DNA of 64,000 bases from Pseudomonadota bacterium (GTDB lineage Bacteria > Pseudomonadota > Gammaproteobacteria > Burkholderiales > JAJZQI01), in assembly GCA_021851875.1 (NCBI GenBank), contig JAJZQI010000001.1, positions 19,511 to 83,510 of the forward strand, read 5' to 3'. The notes under the pieces were generated by a model, which was not told the DNA's origin, searched no databases, and saw nothing but the letters and a program-made list of their open reading frames with translations. Shown here one piece after another: positions 19,408-28,198 of the stretch (position 1 is the first letter of the stretch; every line of letters begins with the position of its first letter). Made by a program: the position numbers and the translations under genes.

Positions 19408-19843
19408 GATTTTTCCAGATTGAGGCGGCCCAAATTCAATAATGGGATGCCAACGCGTACAAAAAAGCGAGTAAGCTCACTTGGCCTACGCGTGAAGGCG
19501 GAGTGATCGCGACATGTCACCGGCTCTAACCAAAATTTGCAGTGAGTCGCTTGATCAGGAGAAGAACTGCTGATGAAGCCCTACGGGGGGTCAGGACGAT
19601 GAAATTACTACTCATTAAGCACAGAGTCTGTTCGTTACCCTGTTTGACAGATGTCATATACATGAAACGAACAGGCGCGAATGATAGGGGGTTTGCACGT
19701 TAAAGTAAAGTTATTTATTCACTTTTGTTGTTGTGGTCGATCTCCTTGTAATGTTTCGTAAAAAGGGTAAGCTAAAGCGTATCAAAAATAACAACAGCGG
19801 CGTTTGCAATGCGCCGGTTTTTACCAAAGAGGAGGGTGTACCA

Positions 19844-20236
19844 ATGAAAAAGAAAATCAGCGTGGCAATTCTTGGGCTGGGCAGGGTAGGCGAAGTGTTT
19901 GCCGAACATTTCCTCAGCAAGATTCAGGAATCACATGCCGATGTCGAAATCGTCGCCGTCGCCACGCGTAATATCCAATCGCCGGTCGCACTGGGCTTTG
20001 CCCATAATGGCGTGAGCGTGCTGGAGAATGCGCTCGATGTGGTCAAATTGGGCGACAGTGTGGACGTGGTCTTCGATCTGACCGGTGATCCGGCTTTGCG
20101 CAAATCGTTGCGTGAACACCTGCAGGCGGCCAACAACCGCCATACGGTAATTGCGCCCGAAGTGATGGCGCATCTGATTTGGGCGTTCTTTGGCGTTGGC
20201 AGTTTGCCGGAGGGTTCACATACTGGTTACGATTAA
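19844..20236 (+). CDS. small stand-alone NAD(P)-binding Rossmann-like protein, function unknown
   Basis: Trimmed to the ATG at 19844, preceded by AGGAGGGTG. MKKKISVAILGLGRVGEVFAEHF is a GxGxxG dinucleotide-binding start. Only 130 aa, so no catalytic domain follows. Confidence 0.5.
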   Translation: MKKKISVAILGLGRVGEVFAEHFLSKIQESHADVEIVAVATRNIQSPVALGFAHNGVSVLENALDVVKLGDSVDVVFDLTGDPALRKSLREHLQAANNRHTVIAPEVMAHLIWAFFGVGSLPEGSHTGYD

Positions 20237-20310
20237 TTGCGCGAGGCTGGTCGTGGCATGGCGGCTGTGTTAGTGTCTTATTTTGACACGATCTCAATCT
20301 GGAGCACGAC

Positions 20311-20685
20311 ATGGCCGTCATTGAAGCCACGCAGGACAATTTTGAAGACCTCATTCTGAACAACGATACGGTTATCGTCGATTTCTGGGCGCCCTGGTGC
20401 GCTCCCTGCCGTGGTTTCGCACCGACCTTCGAGGCGGCTTCGGAAAAGTATCCCGACATCACCTTCGTCAAGGTGAATACCGAGCAGGAACAGGAACTGG
20501 CCGGTTACTTCCAGATCCGTTCCATTCCCACGTTGATGGTGTTCCGCGAAAAAGTCATTCTGTACGCGGAAGCCGGTGCGTTGCCGGCCAAGCAGCTGGA
20601 CGATCTGATTACTCAGGTGCAGGCCGTCGACATGGCGCAGGTGCACAAGGAAATCGCCGAAGAACAGGCCAAGCAGCCGTCCTGA
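20311..20685 (+). CDS. trx: thioredoxin (WCAPC active site)
   Basis: VDFWAPWCAPCRGFAP and IRSIPTLMVF (cis-Pro loop). Confidence 0.9.
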   Translation: MAVIEATQDNFEDLILNNDTVIVDFWAPWCAPCRGFAPTFEAASEKYPDITFVKVNTEQEQELAGYFQIRSIPTLMVFREKVILYAEAGALPAKQLDDLITQVQAVDMAQVHKEIAEEQAKQPS

Positions 20686-20697
20686 TTCTGTCTGGCC

Positions 20698-20737
20698 CCA
20701 AGCAAAACGCCCGGTTCATGCCGGGCGTTTTGCTTGG
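20698..20737. terminator. bidirectional terminator hairpin
   Basis: Perfect 17-bp stem CCAAGCAAAACGCCCGG/CCGGGCGTTTTGCTTGG with a 6-nt loop, between convergent trx and leuA. Confidence 0.8.
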
Positions 20738-20746
20738 AGGTGCGGC

Positions 20747-22459
20747 TTAGGCCAACAGGCGCAAACCTTCGAGCGTAGCGGCGTGTTCCAGCCGATTGAC
20801 GCCGCTGACCAGCGCCTTGATCGAGGCCGTCACGATATTGCGATCCAGACCGACACCGTAGCGGTCGGAGCACCCCGCGGCACTGACTTCGATAAAGGCG
20901 CAGGCGTTGGCTTCGGCGCCATTTTCCTTTTCTTCGCCTGCCTTCCTGCCGGCCAGTGAACGCTCCCCGAAGCTGCGCACCTGCAGCTCGACGCCCATGC
21001 CGCGCAGGGCATGCACTGCCGCGTCAATCGGACCATTGCCTTCGCCGGTCAGCAAATGGGCGACGCCGCCGACATCCACCGTCAGCCGGATGCCCTGCGC
21101 CTTGCCGTGCTCGAACAGATGGTGCTCGACATAGCGCAGCGATTGTCCGCCGGTCAGATAGGTGGCTGAAAACAGCTGCCAGATGTCCGCGGCGCTCATT
21201 TCGCCGCCGTGCGCATCGGTGTGCTGCTGTACCACGCCGGAAAATTCCACCTGCAGACGGCGCGGCATGACGATACCGTATTCCGCTTCCAGCAGGTAGG
21301 CGATGCCACCCTTGCCGGACTGGCTGTTGACGCGGATCACCGAATCATAACTGCGCCCCAGGTCGGCCGGGTCGATGGGCAGGTAGGGGACGTTCCACGG
21401 CGCATCCGGTTGCTGCGCGGCAAAGCCTTTTTTGATCGCATCCTGGTGCGAGCCGGAGAAGGCGGTGAACACCATGTCGCCGACGTATGGGTGGCGCGGG
21501 TGAACGGGCAGCTGCGTACAGTATTCAGCCGTGCGGGCAATGGCATTGATATCGGAAAAATCCAGTCCGGGCGCTACGCCCTGGGTGTACAGATTCAAGG
21601 CCAGCGTAACGATGTCCACGTTGCCGGTGCGCTCGCCATTGCCGAACAGGCAGCCCTCCACCCGATCGGCGCCGGCCATCATGCCCAATTCCGCCGCGGC
21701 CACAGCGGTGCCGCGGTCGTTGTGCGGGTGCAGACTCAGGGTGATGCTGTCGCGGCGTGCCAGGTTGCGATGCATCCATTCAATCTGATCGGCGTAGACG
21801 TTCGGGCTGGCCACTTCCACCGTGGTCGGCAGGTTGAGAATGATTTTATTCTCCGGCGTGGCGCCCCAGGCTTCGGTTACTGCGTTGCACACTTCCAGAG
21901 CGAAATCCAGTTCGGTGGCGGTAAACGTTTCCGGGCTGTATTCCAGCACCCATTCGGTTTCCGGCTGTTCGGCGGCCAGCTCTTTGATCAGGCGCACGGC
22001 GGAAACAGCCATGTCCACCACTTCCTGTTTGCTCATGCGGAATACAACGTCGCGGAAAGTGGGCGAGGTGGCGTTGTACACATGCACGATGGCCCGCCGC
22101 GCACCGCGCAAGGCTTCCATGGTGCGGCGGATCAGGTGTTCGCGCGCCTGGGTCAGTACTTCAATGGTGACATCGGCGGGAATGTGCTTGCCTTCGATCA
22201 GTTGCCGTACGAAGTCGAAATCGGTTTGCGAGGCGGAGGGAAACGCCACCTCGATTTCCTTGAAACCGATGTCGCACAGGGTACGGAACATGCGCATTTT
22301 CCGGTCGGCATTCATCGGCTCGAACAGCGACTGGTTGCCGTCGCGCAGATCGGTCGACATCCATATCGGCGGGGTGGTCAATGTGCGGTTGGGCCATTGA
22401 CGGTCAGTCAATTGCACGGGTGCAAATGGACGGTATTTGCGGTCGGGTTGCTGCAACAT
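20747..22459 (-). CDS. leuA: 2-isopropylmalate synthase (long LeuA type)
   Basis: Trimmed to [12 protein letters not shown]... at 22459 (SD GAGGAAG upstream). [18 protein letters not shown] and a C-terminal regulatory domain. Confidence 0.95.
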   Translation of the reverse strand: MLQQPDRKYRPFAPVQLTDRQWPNRTLTTPPIWMSTDLRDGNQSLFEPMNADRKMRMFRTLCDIGFKEIEVAFPSASQTDFDFVRQLIEGKHIPADVTIEVLTQAREHLIRRTMEALRGARRAIVHVYNATSPTFRDVVFRMSKQEVVDMAVSAVRLIKELAAEQPETEWVLEYSPETFTATELDFALEVCNAVTEAWGATPENKIILNLPTTVEVASPNVYADQIEWMHRNLARRDSITLSLHPHNDRGTAVAAAELGMMAGADRVEGCLFGNGERTGNVDIVTLALNLYTQGVAPGLDFSDINAIARTAEYCTQLPVHPRHPYVGDMVFTAFSGSHQDAIKKGFAAQQPDAPWNVPYLPIDPADLGRSYDSVIRVNSQSGKGGIAYLLEAEYGIVMPRRLQVEFSGVVQQHTDAHGGEMSAADIWQLFSATYLTGGQSLRYVEHHLFEHGKAQGIRLTVDVGGVAHLLTGEGNGPIDAAVHALRGMGVELQVRSFGERSLAGRKAGEEKENGAEANACAFIEVSAAGCSDRYGVGLDRNIVTASIKALVSGVNRLEHAATLEGLRLLA

Positions 22460-22623
22460 GGTCGCTTCCTCGATGAATGTATTTCGATGGAAGTATTTTA
22501 GGACAGCCGGAGAGAAATTAAATTGCGAATCAGCCATTAAATTATTATTATTTGGAATATTTATCTAAAAATATAATATAATTGGCAATAATATGTCTTG
22601 TTTGTGCCTGTATTGGAAAATCG
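22460..22623. promoter_or_regulatory. very AT-rich divergent control region between leuA and an Lrp/AsnC regulator
   Basis: Runs such as AAATTATTATTATTTGGAATATTTATCTAAAAATATAATATAATTGG contrast strongly with the flanking GC-rich DNA. Individual sites were not resolved. Confidence 0.5.
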
Positions 22624-23097
22624 ATGCAACTTGATCGCTACGACCGGGAAATTTTGCGCATCCTGCAGGAGGACGGTCGCATCAACAATCAGGATTTGGC
22701 CGATCGCATCGGCCTGTCACCCTCCCCCTGCTTGCGCCGCGTGCGCGCACTGGAAGAGACCGGCCTGATCACCGGCTATCATGCGCGGCTGGATGCCAAG
22801 GCGCTGGGCTTGTCTCTCATGGCGCTGATTCACATTTCCATGGACAAGCATACGCCCGAGCGCTTTCGGAATTTCGAGGCCGAGGTGGCGCGTATTCCGG
22901 AAGTCATGGAATGCCTGCTGATCACCGGTCAGGCGGCCGATTACCAACTCAAGGTGGTGGTGGCCGATATGGATGCCTTTCAGCTGCTGCTGCTCGACCG
23001 GATCACCCGCATCGAGGGGGTGACCGGGGTGCATTCCAGTTTTGTTTTGCGCCGCGTGGTGGATAAGACCTCCTTGCCTGTGCCGGCGGGCAAATAG
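22624..23097 (+). CDS. lrp: Lrp/AsnC family transcriptional regulator
   Basis: Trimmed to MQLDRYDREILRILQEDGRINNQDLADRIGLSPSPCLRRVRALEE (HTH), followed by a RAM-type C-terminal domain. Confidence 0.9.
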   Translation: MQLDRYDREILRILQEDGRINNQDLADRIGLSPSPCLRRVRALEETGLITGYHARLDAKALGLSLMALIHISMDKHTPERFRNFEAEVARIPEVMECLLITGQAADYQLKVVVADMDAFQLLLLDRITRIEGVTGVHSSFVLRRVVDKTSLPVPAGK

Positions 23098-23104
23098 GTC
23101 GATG

Positions 23105-23134
23105 TTGACAGGCAGCGTAGCGACCCGCTATAGT
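23105..23134 (+). promoter_or_regulatory. candidate sigma-70 promoter (TTGACA, 18-nt spacer, TATAGT)
   Basis: Near-consensus hexamers read directly. An ATG lies 7 nt after the -10 hexamer (23141). Confidence 0.5.
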
Positions 23135-23313
23135 GGCCACATGAAAATTGCATATTTTTCACCGCTTTCATTGCTGTCCAAACGACTGTTGCTCTGGCTT
23201 CGCCCCACTGCCGCGGTGTCTTCCATCTGATTTTTTGACAAGGTAACCGCGGGTCGAACCGCGATGACCGTTGTCCCGTCCCAGCCAGCCGACCCGCAAT
23301 AGAAAGGGGTTGT

Positions 23314-24228
23314 ATGGCGCAGACAGATTCGCCTCCGTCAGCTTATCCAGTCTACGGCATCGCTTTGGCGGTGTTCGCGGCAGTCGGCTTTTCGGCCAAG
23401 GCGATTTTCATCAAATTGGCCTATCGTTACGGCGTCGATGCCGTGACCTTGCTGGCCCTGCGCATGGGGTTTTCCGCTCCCGTTTTCCTCGGTGTTGCGG
23501 CTTTAAGCCATAAGCGGGCAGATGCGCCGGCATTGCAACGGCAGGATTGGGCCGCGGTTCTCATGCTGGGCTGGCTGGGTTATTACCTGTCCAGCTTGCT
23601 GGATTTCTCCGGTTTGCAATACATCTCTGCCGGGCTGGAACGGCTGATCCTGTTTTTGTATCCGACCCTTGTTGTGTTGCTGTCCGCCTGGCTGTTCCGT
23701 CATCCCATCACGGCACGGCAACTGTTTGCCCTGTTATTGAGTTACGGCGGCATCGCCCTGGTGTTCGTGCATGATATGACGGGCTTGCGGCTCAGCATGC
23801 TGAGCGGTGCGGCGCTGGTGTTCGCCAGTGCCCTGAGCTATTCCGCCTATCTGATCGGTGCCGGCCGCTATATCGGGCGCATCGGCGCCGTCAGGTTTAC
23901 CGCCTATGCCATGTCGGTGGCCAGTCTGGCCACTTTCATGCAGTTCGGCCTGACGCACCCCGTGCAGCGTTTGCTGCAACCGCCGCCGGTTTATGAGCTG
24001 GCATTGGCGATGGCGATACTGTCGACCATTTTGCCGGTATTCATGCTGTCGGCTGCCATCCATCGCATCGGCTCAGGGCATACCGCACTGGCCGGTTCGG
24101 TCGGCCCGGTTGCAACCCTGTTGCTGGCCTACATTTTTCTGGGCGAACAGCTGGGGGGCGTGCAATTGCTGGGGTCGGCACTGGTGCTGGCGGGGGTGTT
24201 GACGATTACGCTGTCGCAGTCAAAATGA
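23314..24228 (+). CDS. EamA/DMT family transporter
   Basis: 304 aa, about 10 TM segments in two EamA-like halves. Confidence 0.85.
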   Translation: MAQTDSPPSAYPVYGIALAVFAAVGFSAKAIFIKLAYRYGVDAVTLLALRMGFSAPVFLGVAALSHKRADAPALQRQDWAAVLMLGWLGYYLSSLLDFSGLQYISAGLERLILFLYPTLVVLLSAWLFRHPITARQLFALLLSYGGIALVFVHDMTGLRLSMLSGAALVFASALSYSAYLIGAGRYIGRIGAVRFTAYAMSVASLATFMQFGLTHPVQRLLQPPPVYELALAMAILSTILPVFMLSAAIHRIGSGHTALAGSVGPVATLLLAYIFLGEQLGGVQLLGSALVLAGVLTITLSQSK

Positions 24229-24289
24229 AACCGACAACGATTCTGTGTGCTATAAATAAAGCCCATTGTTCATCGCACAGGAGGCTGTC

Positions 24290-24703
24290 ATGAACATCCA
24301 TACTCTACCCGATGCGATTCAGCGCGAACGCGAGGCGCTGCTCAGCGATGCCGTCGAATTGATGCAGGGCCAAGGCTATCGCGATCTGACCGTCCAGGAT
24401 CTGGGCGGCTACCAAGACCCCGCCGAGCTGCTGATTCCAATTCTGAATGTCCATATGCAACCGGATATCGTCGCCACCAATCGGGATGGCGACGATCAGC
24501 TGCTGGGGCTGGTCGAAGTCAGTACCGATCTGGGCGAAGAATTGTGCGGGCGGCGCTGGCAGGCATTCGACAGCTGGGCGAAAAGCCACCACGGCATGAT
24601 GCGTGTTTTCGTGCATCCGGAGGATCTGGCGCGTGCCGAGGAAATTGCCCGTTTGTGGCATATGCAGCCGGATTTCCTGATTCCGCTGGAACGCAAGCAC
24701 TGA
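24290..24703 (+). CDS. hypothetical cytoplasmic protein
   Basis: Trimmed to the ATG at 24290, preceded by CAGGAGG. I recognise no family. See findings for a weak nuclease-fold speculation. Confidence 0.4.
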   Translation: MNIHTLPDAIQREREALLSDAVELMQGQGYRDLTVQDLGGYQDPAELLIPILNVHMQPDIVATNRDGDDQLLGLVEVSTDLGEELCGRRWQAFDSWAKSHHGMMRVFVHPEDLARAEEIARLWHMQPDFLIPLERKH

Positions 24704-24839
24704 TCTTAAACAGTTCGCCGTGCCGCGCGAGAGAGGTTGCTTTTGTTACTATTCCTCCCGTTGGTGTGAACGTTTTGTCTGAGCGCTTGTCCATTTCCGG
24801 CAAGGGGTCTTTAAAAACAGGGCAACAACGGGGGGAGTC

Positions 24840-26162
24840 ATGGCTACAGTGTATTCAGCGTTCGGCAGGTTCTGGCTGTATTTTCTGGTGCTTATCGGTT
24901 TGCTGGCGCCATCCGTGTCGCAGGCTGTGCCGCTGTATGCCCGCCAAACGGGCATGACTTGCGAAGTCTGTCACTTCGGCGGTAACTTCCCCGAACTCAC
25001 GGAGACAGGCCGGGAATTCAAATTGACCGGCTACACCTGGGGCAAGGTCAACGGTTTGCCGCTGGCCGGCATGGTCCTGGCCGGCAAGTCCAGCCTGAGC
25101 AATACCAACGGCTCATCCGATCCCGCCAATGATTTTGCCCACGACAAGTCGGCCCAGTTGCAGCAAGTGAGCCTGTTCACCGGCGGCAGAATCAGCGACG
25201 CGCTGGGCGCATTCATCCAGTGGACTTATGACGGTGTGGCCCAGCATAGCAATCTGGACAACACCGATATCCGTTTTGCCTCGTCTACCCGACTGGCGGA
25301 CAAACCGATGATTTATGGCGTGACGCTGAACAACAATCCGTCCGTGCAAGATCTCTACAACACCACGCCGGCCTGGCGCTTTCCCTACGCCCAGCCTGGC
25401 AGCGCGTTCCAGGGTTATGGCAGCAGCACGCTGATCGAGGGCGCCTTGGCGCAACAGGTGGCGGGGCTGGGCGGCTATGTCGACTGGAATGGCCATGTGT
25501 ATGCCGAATTGAGCGCCTATCGCACCGCCGACAAAATTTTCTCTTTCCTGCGCACCGGTCAGGATGTGGCCGCCAACACCTATCCGCTCAGCGGCACCAG
25601 TCCCTACTGGCGGCTGGCCTATCATGACGCTGCCGGACAGTCGTCCTGGATGGCGGGCGCCTACGGCATGAACGCCGAAACCTTTACCGATCCGCAAGAC
25701 AATACCAGCCCTCGTAACCATTTCTACGATACCGGGGTGGATGGTCAATATCAGTGGGTGGATGGGGCGAATGAATGGTCGGCCCAGGGCACATGGATAC
25801 ATGAAAAAGCCAGCTGGGACGCCAGTAGCGGCAACAATGCGTCTGATACGCTCGACTCTCGCTGGCTCAAGGGCAGCTATTTCTACAACCACAAAATCGG
25901 CGGGACGGTCGGGCTGTTCGATATCAGCGGGAGTCAGGATGCGACTTTGTATGCCAATAACACCAGCCAGACGCCCGATACGCAAGGCTATGTGCTCGAT
26001 TTCAATTATCTGCCGATGAATACACTGAAACTGGGCGTGCAATACACCGGTTATACCAAGTTCAATGGTTCGGCCAGCAATTACGATGCCTCCGGCACGC
26101 TGCCTGGGCGCAATGCGAGGGACAATAACAGCCTGTATGTGTACGGCTGGCTGATGTTCTAG
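24840..26162 (+). CDS. cyc2: fused monoheme cytochrome c / outer-membrane beta-barrel, Cyc2-like
   Basis: Signal peptide ending SVSQA. PLYARQTGMTCEVCHF with a single CXXCH (aa 41-45). The remaining ~380 aa are Gly/Tyr/Asn/Ser-rich and porin-like, ending YVYGWLMF. Confidence 0.7.
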   Translation: MATVYSAFGRFWLYFLVLIGLLAPSVSQAVPLYARQTGMTCEVCHFGGNFPELTETGREFKLTGYTWGKVNGLPLAGMVLAGKSSLSNTNGSSDPANDFAHDKSAQLQQVSLFTGGRISDALGAFIQWTYDGVAQHSNLDNTDIRFASSTRLADKPMIYGVTLNNNPSVQDLYNTTPAWRFPYAQPGSAFQGYGSSTLIEGALAQQVAGLGGYVDWNGHVYAELSAYRTADKIFSFLRTGQDVAANTYPLSGTSPYWRLAYHDAAGQSSWMAGAYGMNAETFTDPQDNTSPRNHFYDTGVDGQYQWVDGANEWSAQGTWIHEKASWDASSGNNASDTLDSRWLKGSYFYNHKIGGTVGLFDISGSQDATLYANNTSQTPDTQGYVLDFNYLPMNTLKLGVQYTGYTKFNGSASNYDASGTLPGRNARDNNSLYVYGWLMF

Positions 26163-26172
26163 GGCTGCAGGC

Positions 26173-26200
26173 AAAAAACCCGGCGCCAGCCGGGTTTTTT
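26173..26200. terminator. bidirectional rho-independent terminator
   Basis: AAAAAACCCGGCgccaGCCGGGTTTTTT between convergent cyc2-like and rubredoxin reductase genes. Confidence 0.85.
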
Positions 26201-26205
26201 GCTTC

Positions 26206-27351
26206 TTACAGCCAGGCGGAAAGTCCTTTGAGCAATTCCTGGCGACGGCTGGTGGCGTTGCCTGCCAGAGCGAAACCGTTGGTGCTGCCGGTCGTGTCCT
26301 GATGTGTCAGGTTGATGCCTTCGGGCGTGGTTTCTCCTTGCCATTGGCCCGCGCTGCCATGCGGCGGCGGAGTGATCACCACCGGGCACCGCGGTGTTTT
26401 GACGATCACCGGCATGGCGGGGTAGGCCACTTCCGTCGGCGTGCCGGCAAGGGTTTTCGCCAGTGCCCGAGCCGCTTGCATGATGGGCTGCACATACGGC
26501 AACCACAGACCGTTCACTGCGGCACAGTCGCCCAGTGCATAGATGTCCGGTACACTGGTGGCCAGCGTGGTATCGACCGTGATCGCATGGCCGGTTTGCA
26601 AACCGGCCTCTTCTGCCAGGGCCGTTTGCGGCACCAGACCGATGGCCGAGAGCACGGCATCGACGACCAGTTGCTCGCCGTTGTTGAAGCGCACGGCCAG
26701 CGTGTTGTCGGGGCCTTCGTCGACGCGCTCAACCTTGGTCAGCGTGTGCATACGCACACCGATATCGCCCAGTTTGGCTGTCAGCCAGCCTGCCACATCC
26801 TCGGGGGCGAGCCGGTTGAGCACCTGGGCGGCCGGGTGCAGCAGGTGGACTTCGAATCCCGCGCTGTTCAGATCATGGGCAAATTCGCAGCCGATCAACC
26901 CGCCGCCGATGATGGCGATGCGCTTTTTTCCCGCAATCGTGTCACGGAAAACACGGTAATCGGCCAGCGTGTTGACGTGCATGATCCGGTCGGCAGCGCT
27001 GCCGGGCAGTTGCGGATCGCGCGGGGTGGCACCCAGGGCGAGCACCAGTTTGCTGTAGCTCATGCGGGCATTGCCCAGGCTAAGAGTGTGAGCGGCCGGA
27101 TCAATCGAATCGACCCGGCTGTGCGCGAGGATGGTCGCCTGCAGCGTGTTGGCCATGGCGACAGCGTCCTGCGACATCAGTTGGTCGGCCGATTTGTTCT
27201 GCGATAAGGCGGAAGACAGCATGGGTTTGGAGTAGAAGCCACCATCATCTGTGGTAATCAGGGTCAGGGGCGTCGTGCTGTCGAGCTTGCGGAATTCCCG
27301 CGCCAGCGTGTAGCCGGCAAGGCCGGTGCCGATAATGATGATGGGGTTCAT
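26206..27351 (-). CDS. rubredoxin-NAD(+) reductase (FAD pyridine nucleotide-disulfide oxidoreductase)
   Basis: MNPIIIIGTGLAGYTLAREFR FAD fold, a second GGGLIGCEFA NAD fold, and location 3' of a rubredoxin gene. Confidence 0.85.
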   Translation of the reverse strand: MNPIIIIGTGLAGYTLAREFRKLDSTTPLTLITTDDGGFYSKPMLSSALSQNKSADQLMSQDAVAMANTLQATILAHSRVDSIDPAAHTLSLGNARMSYSKLVLALGATPRDPQLPGSAADRIMHVNTLADYRVFRDTIAGKKRIAIIGGGLIGCEFAHDLNSAGFEVHLLHPAAQVLNRLAPEDVAGWLTAKLGDIGVRMHTLTKVERVDEGPDNTLAVRFNNGEQLVVDAVLSAIGLVPQTALAEEAGLQTGHAITVDTTLATSVPDIYALGDCAAVNGLWLPYVQPIMQAARALAKTLAGTPTEVAYPAMPVIVKTPRCPVVITPPPHGSAGQWQGETTPEGINLTHQDTTGSTNGFALAGNATSRRQELLKGLSAWL

Positions 27352-27393
27352 GGCGATTATCCTTTTAAACGCTTGCTGAATCAGGGCACGACT

Positions 27394-27424
27394 ACCTGAC
27401 CGGCGGGCTAACCCGCCGGTAGGT
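27394..27424 (-). other. intercistronic stem-loop between the rubredoxin and reductase genes
   Basis: ACCTgACCGGCGGGctaaCCCGCCGGTAGGT, 13 bp with one bulge and no U-run. Possibly a processing/stability element or a partial terminator. Confidence 0.5.
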
Positions 27425-27432
27425 CCGTCATA

Positions 27433-27597
27433 TCAGATTTCAATCATTTCAAAATCGGCTTTCGCCACACCGCAATCGGGGCAGGCCCAGTCGACCGGAA
27501 TGTCTTCCCACCTGGTGCCCGCGGCGATGCCTTCTTCCGGCAAGCCTTCCGCTTCGTTGTAGATAAAGCCGCATACGATACATTGCCAAACTTTCAT
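27433..27597 (-). CDS. rubredoxin (54 aa, absent from the supplied ORF track)
   Basis: My translation: [54 protein letters not shown]. Two CxxCG knuckles (CIVCG, CPDCG). SD AGGAGA sits 5 nt upstream. Confidence 0.93.
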   Translation of the reverse strand: MKVWQCIVCGFIYNEAEGLPEEGIAAGTRWEDIPVDWACPDCGVAKADFEMIEI

Positions 27598-27632
27598 GAT
27601 GTTCTCCTGTGTTCTGTCTATTTACTGTTCAA

Positions 27633-28109
27633 TTACTTGCCGGTCACGCCCGCGAGGGTTTCGCGGTAGTGGTTGGCGTGTTTCTCTTCCACCTTGGCCA
27701 GGGCGGCAAACCGCTTGGCGGCTTTTTCCAGGGTGGCGGCAAAGCGCTCGGCATGCTCCTTGGATTCGGCGATCTGTTCGTCGATTTCCCTGACCGCCGC
27801 TTCGTTCTTCTCCTGCTCGGCCATGTGGCGGAAAGAAGGGTACATTTCGGTATACTCGTGGGTTTCCCCTGCAATCGCCATCTCCAGGCACTTGGCCGGG
27901 GTCATCTCGTCTTTCGGGTACAGCAGATCGAGGTGGCCGAAGGCATGCATGACTTCCTGTGCAGCGGTTTCCTCGAACACTTTTGCCGTCGTTTCGTCGC
28001 CGGCGGCACGGCAGACGCGGGCAAAGTACATGTATTTGATGTGGGCCATGGATTCGCCGGCAAAGGCGGATTCGATGTTTTTTACAGTTACGGATTCGGT
28101 CGCTTGCAT
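27633..28109 (-). CDS. rubrerythrin-family diiron protein without a rubredoxin domain (erythrin-like)
   Basis: Four-helix ferritin-like pattern with E...ExxH twice (FAGESMAH, QEVMHAFGH, AGETHEYTEMY, EEKHANHY). 158 aa with no C-terminal CxxC pair. Confidence 0.8.
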   Translation of the reverse strand: MQATESVTVKNIESAFAGESMAHIKYMYFARVCRAAGDETTAKVFEETAAQEVMHAFGHLDLLYPKDEMTPAKCLEMAIAGETHEYTEMYPSFRHMAEQEKNEAAVREIDEQIAESKEHAERFAATLEKAAKRFAALAKVEEKHANHYRETLAGVTGK

Positions 28110-28169
28110 GATTCATCTCCTGTCGATTGATTTACCATTTGCACCGCGAAACTGCAGTGCATGGATTGC

Positions 28170-28198
28170 ATCTTACGGAGATGAGTTAGATAGGTAAA
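28170..28198 (-). promoter_or_regulatory. candidate promoter for the erythrin operon (TTTACC, 17-nt spacer, TAAGAT) in an AT-rich spacer
   Basis: Hexamers read on the minus strand. CTAT/ATAG-containing AT-rich DNA upstream could be an OxyR site but does not match the consensus spacing. Confidence 0.3.

Noticed and set aside
20747-22537. Track starts for leuA (22537), glgP (40780), glgA (46639), lrp (22582), pilU (56307) and others
   Set aside because: The upstream extensions lack ribosome-binding sites and add non-homologous residues. Internal ATGs with good SD sequences reproduce the conserved N-termini, so the coordinates were trimmed.
23231-23313. tRNA-like GGGTCGAACC sequence
   Set aside because: Only a superficial resemblance to a T-arm. 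No acceptor stem, D-arm or anticodon arm can be folded around it.
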